Below, piece after piece: positions 63,388 through 64,000 of a stretch of DNA of 64,000 nt. How positions within the stretch are numbered: the first letter of the stretch is position 1; every line of letters begins with the position of its first letter. The position numbers were made by a program, and so were the translations under genes. A model generated the notes under the pieces. It was not told the DNA's origin. It did no database searches and saw only the letters and a list, made by a program, of their open reading frames with translations. The DNA is from Octopus vulgaris (Eukaryota). The DNA is taken from contig OX597838.1 of assembly GCA_951406725.2 (NCBI GenBank), positions 10,168,001-10,232,000 of the forward strand. Reading direction: 5' to 3'.

Positions 63388-63955
63388 CATATATACGACA
63401 GGCTTCTTTCAGTTTCCGTCTACCAAATCCACTCACAAGGCATTGGTCGGCCCGGGGCTATAGCAAACGACGCTTGCCCAAGATGCCACGCAGTGGGACT
63501 GAACCCGGAACCATGTGGTTGGTAAGCAAGCTACTTACCACACAGCCACTCCTGCGCCTAAACATTATAATATGAAACATCACCTTGATATGGTATAACA
63601 ACCCTTACCGTTTGTTTTTACTGTTTTGTTCTCACTGTCCTGTTTTTGTCGCCACTTTAACCCTCCGCAAATCCCAAATTTTATTTAATTTGCTTTGCGG
63701 GAAGGATTGTTTAAGCAAAGTAGCGTCTTGTCCCTACGTTCGAAACGCGGAGTAGATAAAACAGGGGACAACTGATGAAGGGAATTTTCTTTATGTTGTC
63801 TGTTTCGTTTCTCTATTTGTTTCTTTCGTTGTTCGAAAAAAAGTTCGTTTTCCATGTTCTTGTTTTTTTATGTTCTCGTTTCTCATTCTGTTCACGTTTT
63901 TTGACGTCCTGTCAAAATATATATGTGGGTATGTACATATATGTATATATGCATA

Positions 63956-64000
<45 letters not shown>

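Overview
AT-rich animal genomic DNA, most likely octopus. The organism is inferred from the tRNA-derived SINE families, MetaSINE-type cores, (GAT)n-tailed RTE LINEs and dense microsatellites. The only clear protein-coding gene is on the minus strand: a 2027-aa multi-zinc-finger protein whose ORF (4956-11039) lies in one giant exon. Splice signals suggest a ~49 kb transcription unit with a distal first exon near 50.2-50.35 kb, a possible alternative first exon near 23.9-24.3 kb, a possible cassette exon near 17.5 kb, and a 3'UTR intron followed by a terminal exon with a poly(A) signal at 1345. The rest is mostly transposon debris (RTE, CR1, R4/Dong-like and Tx1-like LINEs, Penelope-like elements, Gypsy remnants, mariner/maT, MITEs, a Helitron, SINEs) and simple repeats. 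The most interesting signals are: spliced small ORFs flanking the zinc-finger ORF; nested inverted repeats enclosing the first 5' splice site; a four-fold repeated atypical zinc module; a SINE tail matching a Tx1-like LINE 3' end; a Penelope hammerhead motif; and an RFX X-box promoter for a divergent gene. All exon models come from splice motifs only and need RNA data.
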